Below, piece after piece: positions 7,332-16,635 of a DNA stretch of 36,454 bases. Location of the stretch: assembly GCA_947628105.1 (NCBI GenBank), contig CANQYN010000002.1, positions 1 through 36,454 on the forward strand, read 5' to 3'. Positions within the stretch are counted from its first letter, which is position 1. Each line of letters opens with the position of its first letter. The DNA comes from an uncultured Bacilli bacterium. Lineage in GTDB: Bacteria > Bacillota_I > Bacilli_A > RF39 > UBA660. A model generated the notes under the pieces. It saw nothing but the letters and a program-made list of their open reading frames with translations, was not told the DNA's origin and did no database searches. Made by a program: the position numbers and the translations under genes.

Positions 7332-8693
7332 TTAATGATTTTGTATATATTCATTAACTATTTCTTGATCAGAAAAATGTATTTTTTCTGTTCCGATAAT
7401 TTGATAATCTTCATGCCCTTTTCCTAATATCATCAAAATATCATTGTGATTTAATAATGACATGCCTTTTTGAATCGCTTTTTTACGATCATAAATTACT
7501 TCATAATGTTGTCCACTAGCCCCCTCTAAAATATCATCCATAATCTTTTTAGGATCCTCCGTTCGGGGATTATCATTCGTAAATAAAACATAATCAGAAT
7601 AATCTAAAGCGATTTTTCCCATCAATGGTCGTTTTGTATGATCTCTATCTCCTCCACAGCCAAGAATAGTAATAATTTTTCCTTTTTTATATTCTTGAGC
7701 AGATGTTAATACATTTTCTACCGCATCTGGAGTATGAGCATAATCGACAAAAATACTATTATCATGGTAAGAAATCATTTCCATTCTCCCACTTGGAGCT
7801 TTCAAATCACTTGTTATTTTTAAAATTTCTTCTATCGTATATCCCATATAATAAACGAGTAATAAAGAAGTAAGATAATTATAAATATTATATCTTCCAA
7901 CCATTGGAATTGTCGTATGATATGATTTCATCTTCCACTTAAAATCAAACGATGTTCCTAAATGAGAAAATTCAATATTTGAAAAAACCAAATCACCTTG
8001 TTTATTACTAATTAAAATATTATGGTTTTCTAATAAATATCTTCGATAATAATGATCATCCCCATTAATAATCGCAATTTTTTCCCCTCTCGTTTTTTCA
8101 AATAACATTCTTTTGGCATTAGCGTAATTATCTAATGTTTTATGATAGTCCAAATGATCTTGTGTCAAATTAGTAAAAGCAACCTCATCAAAAGTAAGAC
8201 CATGAATTCGATTTTTATCTAACGCATGGCTACTTACTTCCATGACGACTGCTCGACATCCATTTTCTTTTGCCTCGATTAATAATTCATATAAAAGATC
8301 GATATCTGGAGTAGTATTATTCAATAGTCTTTTTTTATCTTGATAATAAAATCCAATCGTTCCGATATACGCAACAGGATATCCTAGTTTCTGTAACATT
8401 TGAAAAACTAAAAAACAAGTTGTCGTTTTTCCATTTGTTCCTGTTACCCCGATCATTTTCATATCTTTTATAGTCGGATAATAATTTTCATATAAATAAT
8501 TTTCTAAATATTTTCTTGTATCTTTTACAATTTCTGTCTCTACTGAATAAGACCCTTCTTCAGCAATAATTTTAGTAGCGCCATTGGAAATAGCATTTTC
8601 GATATAATCATGACCATCTCTTGCGACATTTCGAATAGCAATAAAAGTATCACCTGGTTTTACTTTTCTAGAATCAGTTTTTATTTCTATCAT
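7332..8693 (-). CDS. murE: UDP-MurNAc-L-Ala-D-Glu:diamino-acid ligase, MurE paralog 1, with a DNPR (meso-DAP type) motif
   Basis: TDSRKVKPGD start, GVTGTNGKTTT P-loop, DYAHTPDA, GGDRD..KRP, TNDNPRTEDP and GKGHEDYQ motifs. Its ATG overlaps the murF stop (ATGA). Confidence 0.9.
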   Translation of the reverse strand: MIEIKTDSRKVKPGDTFIAIRNVARDGHDYIENAISNGATKIIAEEGSYSVETEIVKDTRKYLENYLYENYYPTIKDMKMIGVTGTNGKTTTCFLVFQMLQKLGYPVAYIGTIGFYYQDKKRLLNNTTPDIDLLYELLIEAKENGCRAVVMEVSSHALDKNRIHGLTFDEVAFTNLTQDHLDYHKTLDNYANAKRMLFEKTRGEKIAIINGDDHYYRRYLLENHNILISNKQGDLVFSNIEFSHLGTSFDFKWKMKSYHTTIPMVGRYNIYNYLTSLLLVYYMGYTIEEILKITSDLKAPSGRMEMISYHDNSIFVDYAHTPDAVENVLTSAQEYKKGKIITILGCGGDRDHTKRPLMGKIALDYSDYVLFTNDNPRTEDPKKIMDDILEGASGQHYEVIYDRKKAIQKGMSLLNHNDILMILGKGHEDYQIIGTEKIHFSDQEIVNEYIQNH

Positions 8694-10294
8694 TTTTTTC
8701 CCTCTTTTTCAAGAAACATATCAGGAAGATCATTTTCAATCAAAGTATAAGTATCTTTGTCACTAATCTTCCGTAACAATTGAAATGCTTCATAAATATT
8801 ATCAAAAATATGAATTTTTTTATGATCATATTTCTGTTCGATTAACCCCTCATAAATAGGTTTTGTCTGCTTTTTCCCAACTAAGATTACTTCATCTGCG
8901 ACTTCTGTTATTTGTTTCCCAAAACGGAAATTAAGTTCATATTGTTTTTCTTTCAGTTCGATCATACCTGGTGTTACCACAATTTTTTTACCTGGCATCA
9001 AAGCAAGCGTTTCTAATGCCATCTTCGCTCCTACTGGATTAGAATTATAGCCATCATCAATTAAGTTTAATCCCCCTTCTCGTTTTAATTCTAAACGATG
9101 AGGAATCGTTTTAACTCCTTTTACTCCTTGTTTTATTTCATCGATAGTCATTCCTAGATGATAAGCTAATAAAATAGCGGCCAAAATATTATAGATATTT
9201 GCTTTCCCTAACAATTTTGTCTCCATGGAATATTTTTTCTTGTCTCCTTTAAATTGAATATCAAAAGTCATTCCATCTTTTGTTCCTTTGATATTAGAAG
9301 CTTTTAAATCCGCATTTTTATTATCGATGGCAATCCATTGAACTTGACAATGATTTTTAATGTTATACTGGACTTGTTTTTCATCGTCCATATTTAATAT
9401 AGCAAGCCCATCTTCTGGTAATGATTCCACTAATTCAAACTTTGTCTTTTGAATATTTTCTTCTGTTTTAAAGCTTTCTAAATGAGCAACTCCTATCTTT
9501 GTCAAAATCCCATATTTTGGTTTTACAAAATCACATAATTCTTTAATTTGACCTACTTCACAAGCTCCCATTTCTGCGACTAAATATTCGGTAAATTTAT
9601 CTAGATGATTATTGATAGTAAGCATTAATCCATAAGGAGTATTAAAATTTTTAGGAGTTGGTAACGTATCATACTTTACCTGTAAAATATCGGCTAAAAT
9701 ATTTTTACTACTCGTCTTTCCATAACTACCAGTAATCCCTATCACTTGTAAACGGGTATCTTCCTTAATCTTTTTTTTCGCTTTTTGAAAATAATAATAG
9801 TAAACGATTTTTTCGATTGGCTTATTAACAATATTAACAAAATAAATATAAAAAGCATTAAACGAAGCTAAAAGAACAAATAATAAAATTCCTGCTTTTT
9901 CATGAAATAAATATATCAAAGCAAAAACGAGATATCCTATTATCCAAGTCGCAAACATTCTTTTTACTCGTGAAGTAATTTTAAAACTGATTACAACTGG
10001 CTCTTTTTTATATTTCTCTTTGGTAATATAAAATAATAAAAGATAAAAAATTCCTAAAATAAGATAAATTCCTACCTTTAATTTTAATAAAAAGATAGTA
10101 ATAGGAATAAGTAAAATATCCGCTGTTATTAACAATTTTTGTGGATTATTTTTAAGCCATTTTAAATATCGATTGGAATTATTATAAAAATTTTGTTGTA
10201 ACATATGAAAACTTTTTTTCGACTTTATAATAACGTAACTAAAATAACAGATAAAGCAAAAAATAATTTCTAAACTTTTATATTCTATACTCAT
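8690..10294 (-). CDS. murF: MurF-type Mur ligase (UDP-MurNAc-tripeptide:D-Ala-D-Ala ligase family) with a polytopic membrane N-terminal region of about 165 aa
   Basis: GITGSYGKTSS P-loop, EMGA..GQI, IGVAHLESF and HRLE..IDDGYNSNP motifs are MurF-like. The first ~165 aa form about 5 hydrophobic helices in place of the usual soluble domain 1. The start is probably the ATG at 10294 (GGAGG with a 6-nt spacer); the ORF track start is 10300. Confidence 0.8.
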   Translation of the reverse strand: MSIEYKSLEIIFCFICYFSYVIIKSKKSFHMLQQNFYNNSNRYLKWLKNNPQKLLITADILLIPITIFLLKLKVGIYLILGIFYLLLFYITKEKYKKEPVVISFKITSRVKRMFATWIIGYLVFALIYLFHEKAGILLFVLLASFNAFYIYFVNIVNKPIEKIVYYYYFQKAKKKIKEDTRLQVIGITGSYGKTSSKNILADILQVKYDTLPTPKNFNTPYGLMLTINNHLDKFTEYLVAEMGACEVGQIKELCDFVKPKYGILTKIGVAHLESFKTEENIQKTKFELVESLPEDGLAILNMDDEKQVQYNIKNHCQVQWIAIDNKNADLKASNIKGTKDGMTFDIQFKGDKKKYSMETKLLGKANIYNILAAILLAYHLGMTIDEIKQGVKGVKTIPHRLELKREGGLNLIDDGYNSNPVGAKMALETLALMPGKKIVVTPGMIELKEKQYELNFRFGKQITEVADEVILVGKKQTKPIYEGLIEQKYDHKKIHIFDNIYEAFQLLRKISDKDTYTLIENDLPDMFLEKEGKK

Positions 10295-10317
10295 TTTCAT
10301 CCTCCAAATATATTTTT

Positions 10318-10326
10318 ATTATATCA
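10318..10326 (-). promoter_or_regulatory. Extended -10 element (TGATATAAT) upstream of murF
   Basis: The minus strand reads ccTGTGATATAAT about 20 nt upstream of the murF SD and downstream of the LCP terminator. The -35 is poor (T-run). Confidence 0.4.
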
Positions 10327-10387
10327 CAGGAATTTCTTGAAAAAAAGTTTTCCCTTCTCTTTTTTTGATTTCTTAAGTTTTATTTAC

Positions 10388-10413
10388 ATAAAAAGAAGGA
10401 TTATTTATCCTTC
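10388..10413 (-). terminator. Candidate rho-independent terminator after the LCP gene
   Basis: The minus strand reads GAAGGAT-aaata-ATCCTTC followed by TTTTT. The LCP stop codon sits in the loop. The stem is short and AT-rich, so this may be a partial terminator. Confidence 0.5.
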
Positions 10414-11859
10414 CTGTAAAATGGTTGCGATTTTTTGTTTTGCCTCCGCTATCGAAGTTTGATCGGGAATCATAACATAAAGATTATATTTTAATCCCAT
10501 ACTATAAGTTGGTTGTTTACTACCACTTCCCGTTACACCAAACGTATCGATTTTCCATCCTGTCATCTCATCAATTTGTTTTTTAATAAAGGTAGTAATC
10601 GTATGGCTTGGCATATCTGTTTGAAATGATCCACTCATCGAATTTAAAATACTACTATATTTACTGATAATTACTTGTGATTTTGTCACTTTATTGATAA
10701 TGGCTTTCATTACTTGTTGCTGATTTTCTCCTCGATGTCTATCGCCTGAAGCATAAGCATGTCTTTCCCGAGCAAAAGCTAAAGCTTGTTTCCCATTTAA
10801 ATGATTATATCCTTTTTGAATATTGACACTTCGATCAGTCCAAGCATTAAAAGAAGTATCTGAATAAATATCAATTCCACCAATAGTATCTACTAATTGA
10901 ATTAAAGAATTAAAATTAACTCTAAAATAATAATTAATATCAATATCATATAAATTTTCTAAGGTTTGAATACTTTTTTCAACTCCATAAATTCCCGCAT
11001 GAGTAAGCTTATCTTTTAATCCTGTCGTACCAGCTAATTGAACATAATAATCTCTTGGAGTATTTAACAATAAAATATGATGTGTGGTAGGATTGACAAT
11101 CGCTAATTGATTGACATCGCTTCTTCCTCGCACTGAAGTGACATTTCCATATTGATCGATTCCACTAATATAGACAATAAATGGCTTTTTGGTAACATCT
11201 AATTTTTGATCATCTTCTTTATGAGATTTTACTTTAATATCAAAAGTATATATTGTTTTAATGTTTGATTCAAAATCTTTTATTTCTTCACTTAATAAAG
11301 CAATATATCCTTGTTCTAAACATAAAGCATCGACTTTTTGATTTAATAATTGAGATGCCATATTAGTAGAATTAGTATCTATCTGTTCTTGATAATCAAC
11401 TCTTTTTTCTAATGCTTTTTTAACTTCTTTTTTATTTTGATCGTCTAAATAAGATATTGTTTTATTTGCTAATTCATCTATTTTTGTATAAGGACTATTT
11501 TTTAAGGTAATAACAGAATAAGTGATGGTATCGTAATCGCCTATTTGTAAATCATCAAAGAAATCACTTGTATCATTAATATAGATAGATCCGACAATTA
11601 AAATAATTGATAATATTACACTAATAACATAAGAAAATATCTTTAATGGTTTGGGACACTTCTTCTTAAAAAATGCGAAAAACAATAGTCCAAATACGAT
11701 AAAAAATATAATATATATAATTACTAAATACTTCATAGGTAAAATATTAGCTTTGAAAATAGCCTTTGAAAATAGCGCTAAACTCATTAAACTTAAAAGA
11801 GAAAATAAAAAACTTAATAAACGAAAAATTCGTAATTTTCTTCTTCTTTCACTTCTCAT
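10405..11859 (-). CDS. LytR-CpsA-Psr (LCP) family cell-wall glycopolymer ligase, membrane anchored
   Basis: A basic N-terminus and a TM helix are followed by the LCP core (VYISGIDQYG..RSDVNQLAIVNP..LLLNTPRD..). The start is placed at 11859 because AAGGAGGAG precedes that ATG. The longer ORF (to 11898) has no SD. Confidence 0.85.
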   Translation of the reverse strand: MRSERRRKLRIFRLLSFLFSLLSLMSLALFSKAIFKANILPMKYLVIIYIIFFIVFGLLFFAFFKKKCPKPLKIFSYVISVILSIILIVGSIYINDTSDFFDDLQIGDYDTITYSVITLKNSPYTKIDELANKTISYLDDQNKKEVKKALEKRVDYQEQIDTNSTNMASQLLNQKVDALCLEQGYIALLSEEIKDFESNIKTIYTFDIKVKSHKEDDQKLDVTKKPFIVYISGIDQYGNVTSVRGRSDVNQLAIVNPTTHHILLLNTPRDYYVQLAGTTGLKDKLTHAGIYGVEKSIQTLENLYDIDINYYFRVNFNSLIQLVDTIGGIDIYSDTSFNAWTDRSVNIQKGYNHLNGKQALAFARERHAYASGDRHRGENQQQVMKAIINKVTKSQVIISKYSSILNSMSGSFQTDMPSHTITTFIKKQIDEMTGWKIDTFGVTGSGSKQPTYSMGLKYNLYVMIPDQTSIAEAKQKIATILQEG

Positions 11860-11915
11860 GTTTCTCCTCCTTTTTTTCTTTTTCAATATATCTATCATTC
11901 ATTTTACCACAAAAA

Positions 11916-13472
11916 TTACTTTTTTTCTTCATGATATTCTTTTTCAGTATTTACATTCCATATATTTGTTTTATCTTTTGAATGATTTAAAATATTTTTT
12001 ATTGTTTCAAAAGAAGTAACCATCGAATGATCCATATTATTATAACGATGTTGTCCATTTCTTCCTACGCAATATAAATTTTCATATTGATTGATATATG
12101 TAATTAATTCATCAATATTATCATACGTATCAAAATAAGCAGGATATGCTTTTTTTACTTTTTCACGATGACTATCAATTACATCATCTTTATCGATAAT
12201 CCCCATCGAAATTAATTCTTCTGTCGCAAATTGAATACATTCTTGATCACTCATATTCCAAAAATTATCGTTTTCATTGCAAAAATATTCTAAACCGATC
12301 CATACGGTTTCATTAGGATCTTTTACCATATAAGGAGACCAATTATTAAATATTTGAATTCTTCCTAATTTGACATTAGGTTCTTGAACATAAATCCAGC
12401 AATCAGGGACAATATTATGTAACGTCTTAATATCTGTCTCATTTTTTAAATTTAATTTGTCGACTAAAATTCCTACCGTTACAAAATCTCGATAAGGTAA
12501 GCCTTGAGCAATATCATAATATTTAGTAGGAACTTTCTTTTTCATGGAAATCACTAAATCCTTAAGAGGCATAGAAGAAATAAAAATATCTCCCTCGATC
12601 GTTTCTTTTTTTGATCCTACTTCACAAATAACTGATTTTATTTTATTTTTTTGATTGTCTATTTGAACTACCTTATAGCCTTTTTGGATAGTACCTCCCA
12701 TTTTTTCAAATTCTTTGGCTACTGTTTCCCATAATTGTCCAGGACCATATTTAGGATAAAGAAATTCTTCAATTAAAGAGGTTTCTACTTTTCCATTATT
12801 TAAATGAAATACTTTTTTAAACATATCTTTAACAATTCCTAAAATAGATAATCCTTTTACCCTTTGCGCACCCCAATCGGCTGAAATTTGTGAAGGATGT
12901 CTTCCCCACAACTTTTCCGTATATTTTTCAAAAAACATACTGTATAATTTTTTTCCAAAACGATTGATATAAAAATTTTCTAAAGAAGTTTCTGGCTTTT
13001 TCACAACTGTTGCTTTTAAATAACTAAAGCCACTAGAAACGGTTCTTCCTACCCCCATATTTTTAAATGTTTGTAATTTCATACTAATAGGATAATCAAA
13101 AAATTTCTTTAAGTAATAAATCCTTGATACTCGGTGTCTTAATAACATAACACGATCGACTTTTTCTGGATCAGGTCCCTTTTTTGGTAACGTTTTTTCT
13201 CTTCCCAAGATTTTGTCATCATAAGAAGGTTTTCCTTGAAGTGGCATGATAGTTTTCCAAAAATCCATTACCTCTTGATTTTTAGAGAAGAAACGATGCC
13301 CTCCAATATCCATACGATTTCCTTTATAATTAACGGTCCTAGAAATACCACCAATATCATTACTTTCTTCTAAGATGATAACTTCATAATCTTTTGATTG
13401 TTTCATCAATTCATAACCAGCAGTAAGTCCTGCAGGTCCCGCTCCAATAATAATTACTTTTTTCTTTTTCAT
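11916..13472 (-). CDS. NAD(P)/FAD-dependent oxidoreductase (amine-oxidase / protoporphyrinogen-oxidase-like fold), specific function unknown
   Basis: The N-terminus [19 protein letters not shown] is a Rossmann dinucleotide motif, followed by [21 protein letters not shown] is AAGGAG. Confidence 0.75.
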   Translation of the reverse strand: MKKKKVIIIGAGPAGLTAGYELMKQSKDYEVIILEESNDIGGISRTVNYKGNRMDIGGHRFFSKNQEVMDFWKTIMPLQGKPSYDDKILGREKTLPKKGPDPEKVDRVMLLRHRVSRIYYLKKFFDYPISMKLQTFKNMGVGRTVSSGFSYLKATVVKKPETSLENFYINRFGKKLYSMFFEKYTEKLWGRHPSQISADWGAQRVKGLSILGIVKDMFKKVFHLNNGKVETSLIEEFLYPKYGPGQLWETVAKEFEKMGGTIQKGYKVVQIDNQKNKIKSVICEVGSKKETIEGDIFISSMPLKDLVISMKKKVPTKYYDIAQGLPYRDFVTVGILVDKLNLKNETDIKTLHNIVPDCWIYVQEPNVKLGRIQIFNNWSPYMVKDPNETVWIGLEYFCNENDNFWNMSDQECIQFATEELISMGIIDKDDVIDSHREKVKKAYPAYFDTYDNIDELITYINQYENLYCVGRNGQHRYNNMDHSMVTSFETIKNILNHSKDKTNIWNVNTEKEYHEEKK

Positions 13473-13518
13473 AACTTCTACTCCTTTTTGATTTAATTAA
13501 TTTTTTCCAATTATTAAA

Positions 13519-13527
13519 ATTATAACA
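13519..13527 (-). promoter_or_regulatory. Possible internal extended -10 element (TGTTATAAT)
   Basis: It lies in the 80-nt gap between membrane paralog 1 and the oxidoreductase gene. AT-rich DNA produces such matches by chance. Confidence 0.3.
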
Positions 13528-13552
13528 TAATACAAACTTTGGTATAAATAAA

Positions 13553-15091
13553 TCATTCGTTTTTATTTACATTTTTATGATTTTTCCACTTTAATGAATA
13601 AATGAGTAAAGGGATAGCACAAAACATTTGAGAACAAACAAACCTTATCTCTCCTCCTGTAATTAATAACATAACGATTAATGTATTACTAATGACAAGA
13701 AGAAATGGCAAATAAGCTTCTAAATTCAATTTCTGCTTAGCAATCATCAACATAAATGAAAAAACGATAATGAAAAGCCCTGTTCCAACCCCAAAAAATA
13801 AATATTTCAATAATGAAGATGAAACTATATTGGTATATCTATCATAATATTCATTAAGTTGTTTTAAAATACTTGAAGACGGAACTTCTGTAACATCAAA
13901 TTTAGAAAAGGAAACACTATCTTCTATTTTCCAAATAGGGCTTGTCACATTTAAGTAAGATCGAAGATACTTGAAAGGATATTTAAAACCATATTTTATA
14001 TAAAGTGTTATAATATCATTAAAATTTTCATTTGCCCAAGTCATATAAAGTTGTTTCCCTTTTGTTTTTAAAGAATTAAAATTAGTAGGACTATAATACT
14101 CTTCCCATGTTTTTTTATCTGCAAATTTATCTAATAACTCTCTTTCTTCTTTGGTTAATGTGGCGTTATTATGATAAATATAAGCGATTTGATTCATCGG
14201 AATTCCTAACATTTCTGTTTTCCCGCCATCAGGAGAAACACCAAGAGAAGAATAAATTGGACCATACAGTAAAAACCGAAATATTACTAATAAAAATCCC
14301 AACATAAGATAAAACTTTCGATATTTTTTATATAACAAAGATAGTACAATAAACATTATTATAATGCTGATAATTCCATTATGTCGGAGCAGCATCACTC
14401 CTAAGCTCATTAGAATAAAAACTATTTTATGACTTACTTTTTCTATCCATTGACCATGAGTAAAAACTAGTTCTATCAATATTAAAGTTCCTAAGAAAAT
14501 CATCCAAGAAAATGGTGTATCTTTACATAGAAACATGCACATTTTCATCACGGCAGGATTGAACAGAAATATGAAAAGAGTAATTAAAGTTCCTTTTTTA
14601 CTTAAGAAATATTTTCGTAAAATATAACAAAAATATAGTAAAATAACTCCTATTAAAATTAATTGAAAAATAGAACAAGACACATAACTATCATATATTA
14701 AAGATGGCAATTTAAAGAATAACAAAGTATGAATAACAGGATGCCAATTACTATAAGTATTTGTATGGGCTTGTCGCCATTGATTTGCGGTATCTACTGG
14801 TTTTAATACTGCCGGATATAAGGCGAAAAAGATAAAAATTAAAATAATACATATAAAAGCCCCATATAATAATAATTCTTTAGAATGAAAATCTTCTTTT
14901 TTAGCTTGTATCTCTCGCGAAATAAACGAAGGAAATAAAAATGATAGAATGATTACTGTTATACCAAATAATACTAATATACTAAACCAAGAAATACTTT
15001 CTCCTACCGTCCAACAAATCGATAAAGAAAAATAAAATGCTAAAATAATAATTAATATTTTTGATAAAAAATTATTTTTTACTTTTTTCAT
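13553..15091 (-). CDS. Polytopic membrane protein, tandem paralog 1 of 3 (possible GT-C-like extracytoplasmic glycosyltransferase)
   Basis: About 11-13 hydrophobic helices. A conserved first-loop D..QWRQ....Y(S/T)NWHP motif and a large soluble loop (GGK.EM.G.P.NQIAYIYH..) are present. Its ATG overlaps the stop of paralog 2 (ATGA). Confidence 0.85.
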   Translation of the reverse strand: MKKVKNNFLSKILIIILAFYFSLSICWTVGESISWFSILVLFGITVIILSFLFPSFISREIQAKKEDFHSKELLLYGAFICIILIFIFFALYPAVLKPVDTANQWRQAHTNTYSNWHPVIHTLLFFKLPSLIYDSYVSCSIFQLILIGVILLYFCYILRKYFLSKKGTLITLFIFLFNPAVMKMCMFLCKDTPFSWMIFLGTLILIELVFTHGQWIEKVSHKIVFILMSLGVMLLRHNGIISIIIMFIVLSLLYKKYRKFYLMLGFLLVIFRFLLYGPIYSSLGVSPDGGKTEMLGIPMNQIAYIYHNNATLTKEERELLDKFADKKTWEEYYSPTNFNSLKTKGKQLYMTWANENFNDIITLYIKYGFKYPFKYLRSYLNVTSPIWKIEDSVSFSKFDVTEVPSSSILKQLNEYYDRYTNIVSSSLLKYLFFGVGTGLFIIVFSFMLMIAKQKLNLEAYLPFLLVISNTLIVMLLITGGEIRFVCSQMFCAIPLLIYSLKWKNHKNVNKNE

Positions 15092-16635
15092 TTTATTTCC
15101 TCATTTCTAATTATTATTTTTTTTAGATATAATGCATAAATAAGCAATGGAATTACACATAACATTTGCGAATATACAAATCTTATTTCATATTTTGCCG
15201 TTGTTAACATCATAATAACAGCTGTATTACTTAATACGAGTATATATGGTAAATAGGCATGAAGATGTTTTTTTGACTTTATTATTACAATTGTAAAAGA
15301 TACTATAATACCAAATAAACTTGTTCCTATCCCCATAAAAATATATTTGAATGGTGATGCTTCTACAACAGAAGCATAATCGTCATAAACATTTTTTATA
15401 TAAGAAAATACTTTCGAATGATTTTCTGGTTGAGGCAATGAATCAAAATGAATGGAATCATTTCTAATAGTCCATATAGAACTGGTAACATTTAAATAAG
15501 CACGCAAATATTTATCTGGATATTTCATAGCGTATTTGATATAAAGTTTTATAAGATCATTAAAATTTTCATTTACCCAAGGAATAAATACAGGGCGAAT
15601 GTCATCATCAAATTTAAGAGTATTGAAATTTCCAGGTCTATATTTTTCTTCCCATTTTTTCTTTGGTGCTAATTTATCAAATAAATCCAGTTCTTCAGGT
15701 GTCATTTTTACATTTTGATGGTAAATATAGGCGATTTGATTTAAAGGCACTCCTATCATTTCTGATTTACCTCCATCGGAAGCAATTCCTAATTGATGAT
15801 AAATAGGACCATATAGTAAAAATCGAAATAAGAATAATAAGATTCCCACTATAAGATAAAATTTCCTATCTTTTTTATAAATTAAAATCAAGAAAACTAA
15901 TAAACAAAAGATGCTGATAATTCCATTATGCCGAAATAACATAATTCCTAAGCTCATTAATACAAAAAGTATTTTATGACTTATTTTCTCAATCCATTTC
16001 CCTTTTGTCAGTACTATTTCTATCGAAATTAATGTTCCTAAAAATAAAAGCCATGAAAATGCAATATCCTTTATTAAAAACATCGACATTTTACTAAAAG
16101 ATGGATTCAATACGATGAGCAACAAAACGAGAATGGTTCCTTTTTTACTTAAAAAATATTTTCTTAAAAAGATACAAAAATATAACAAGATAGTGCCAAT
16201 AAAAAGCATTTGAAAAATTGTACAAGATATATAATGATTATAAATTAATGTAGGTAATTTCAGAAATAAAATTGTTTGAACTACAGGGTGCCAATTACTA
16301 TAATTTCCAGTTTGTACTTGTCTCCATTGAGAAGTAATATCAGCATTGATAACTGCGGGATACCACACCAAGAAAGATAATACAAAAACGATAAGAAGAA
16401 TAAATCCATATAAAATGAGTTCCTTACGCATATCTTCCTCTGGTGACTTTTTTAAAGTTATACTTGTTATGGTTGAAAAATATCTTTTCAAAAATAAATA
16501 AGAAATAATAAATATGATTCCTACGCTAAACCAAGAAATACTCTCATTTAAATCCCATCCAATAGCAATAGACAAATAAAATGCTAATAGTATCACTAAT
16601 ATATTATTTAATAAATTTTGTTTCGCTATTTTCAT
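15088..16635 (-). CDS. Polytopic membrane protein, tandem paralog 2 of 3
   Basis: Same architecture and motifs as paralog 1 (SNWHPV, LRKYFLSKKGT, FRFLLYGPIY, EIRFVYSQ). ATGA overlap with paralog 3. Confidence 0.85.
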   Translation of the reverse strand: MKIAKQNLLNNILVILLAFYLSIAIGWDLNESISWFSVGIIFIISYLFLKRYFSTITSITLKKSPEEDMRKELILYGFILLIVFVLSFLVWYPAVINADITSQWRQVQTGNYSNWHPVVQTILFLKLPTLIYNHYISCTIFQMLFIGTILLYFCIFLRKYFLSKKGTILVLLLIVLNPSFSKMSMFLIKDIAFSWLLFLGTLISIEIVLTKGKWIEKISHKILFVLMSLGIMLFRHNGIISIFCLLVFLILIYKKDRKFYLIVGILLFLFRFLLYGPIYHQLGIASDGGKSEMIGVPLNQIAYIYHQNVKMTPEELDLFDKLAPKKKWEEKYRPGNFNTLKFDDDIRPVFIPWVNENFNDLIKLYIKYAMKYPDKYLRAYLNVTSSIWTIRNDSIHFDSLPQPENHSKVFSYIKNVYDDYASVVEASPFKYIFMGIGTSLFGIIVSFTIVIIKSKKHLHAYLPYILVLSNTAVIMMLTTAKYEIRFVYSQMLCVIPLLIYALYLKKIIIRNEEIK

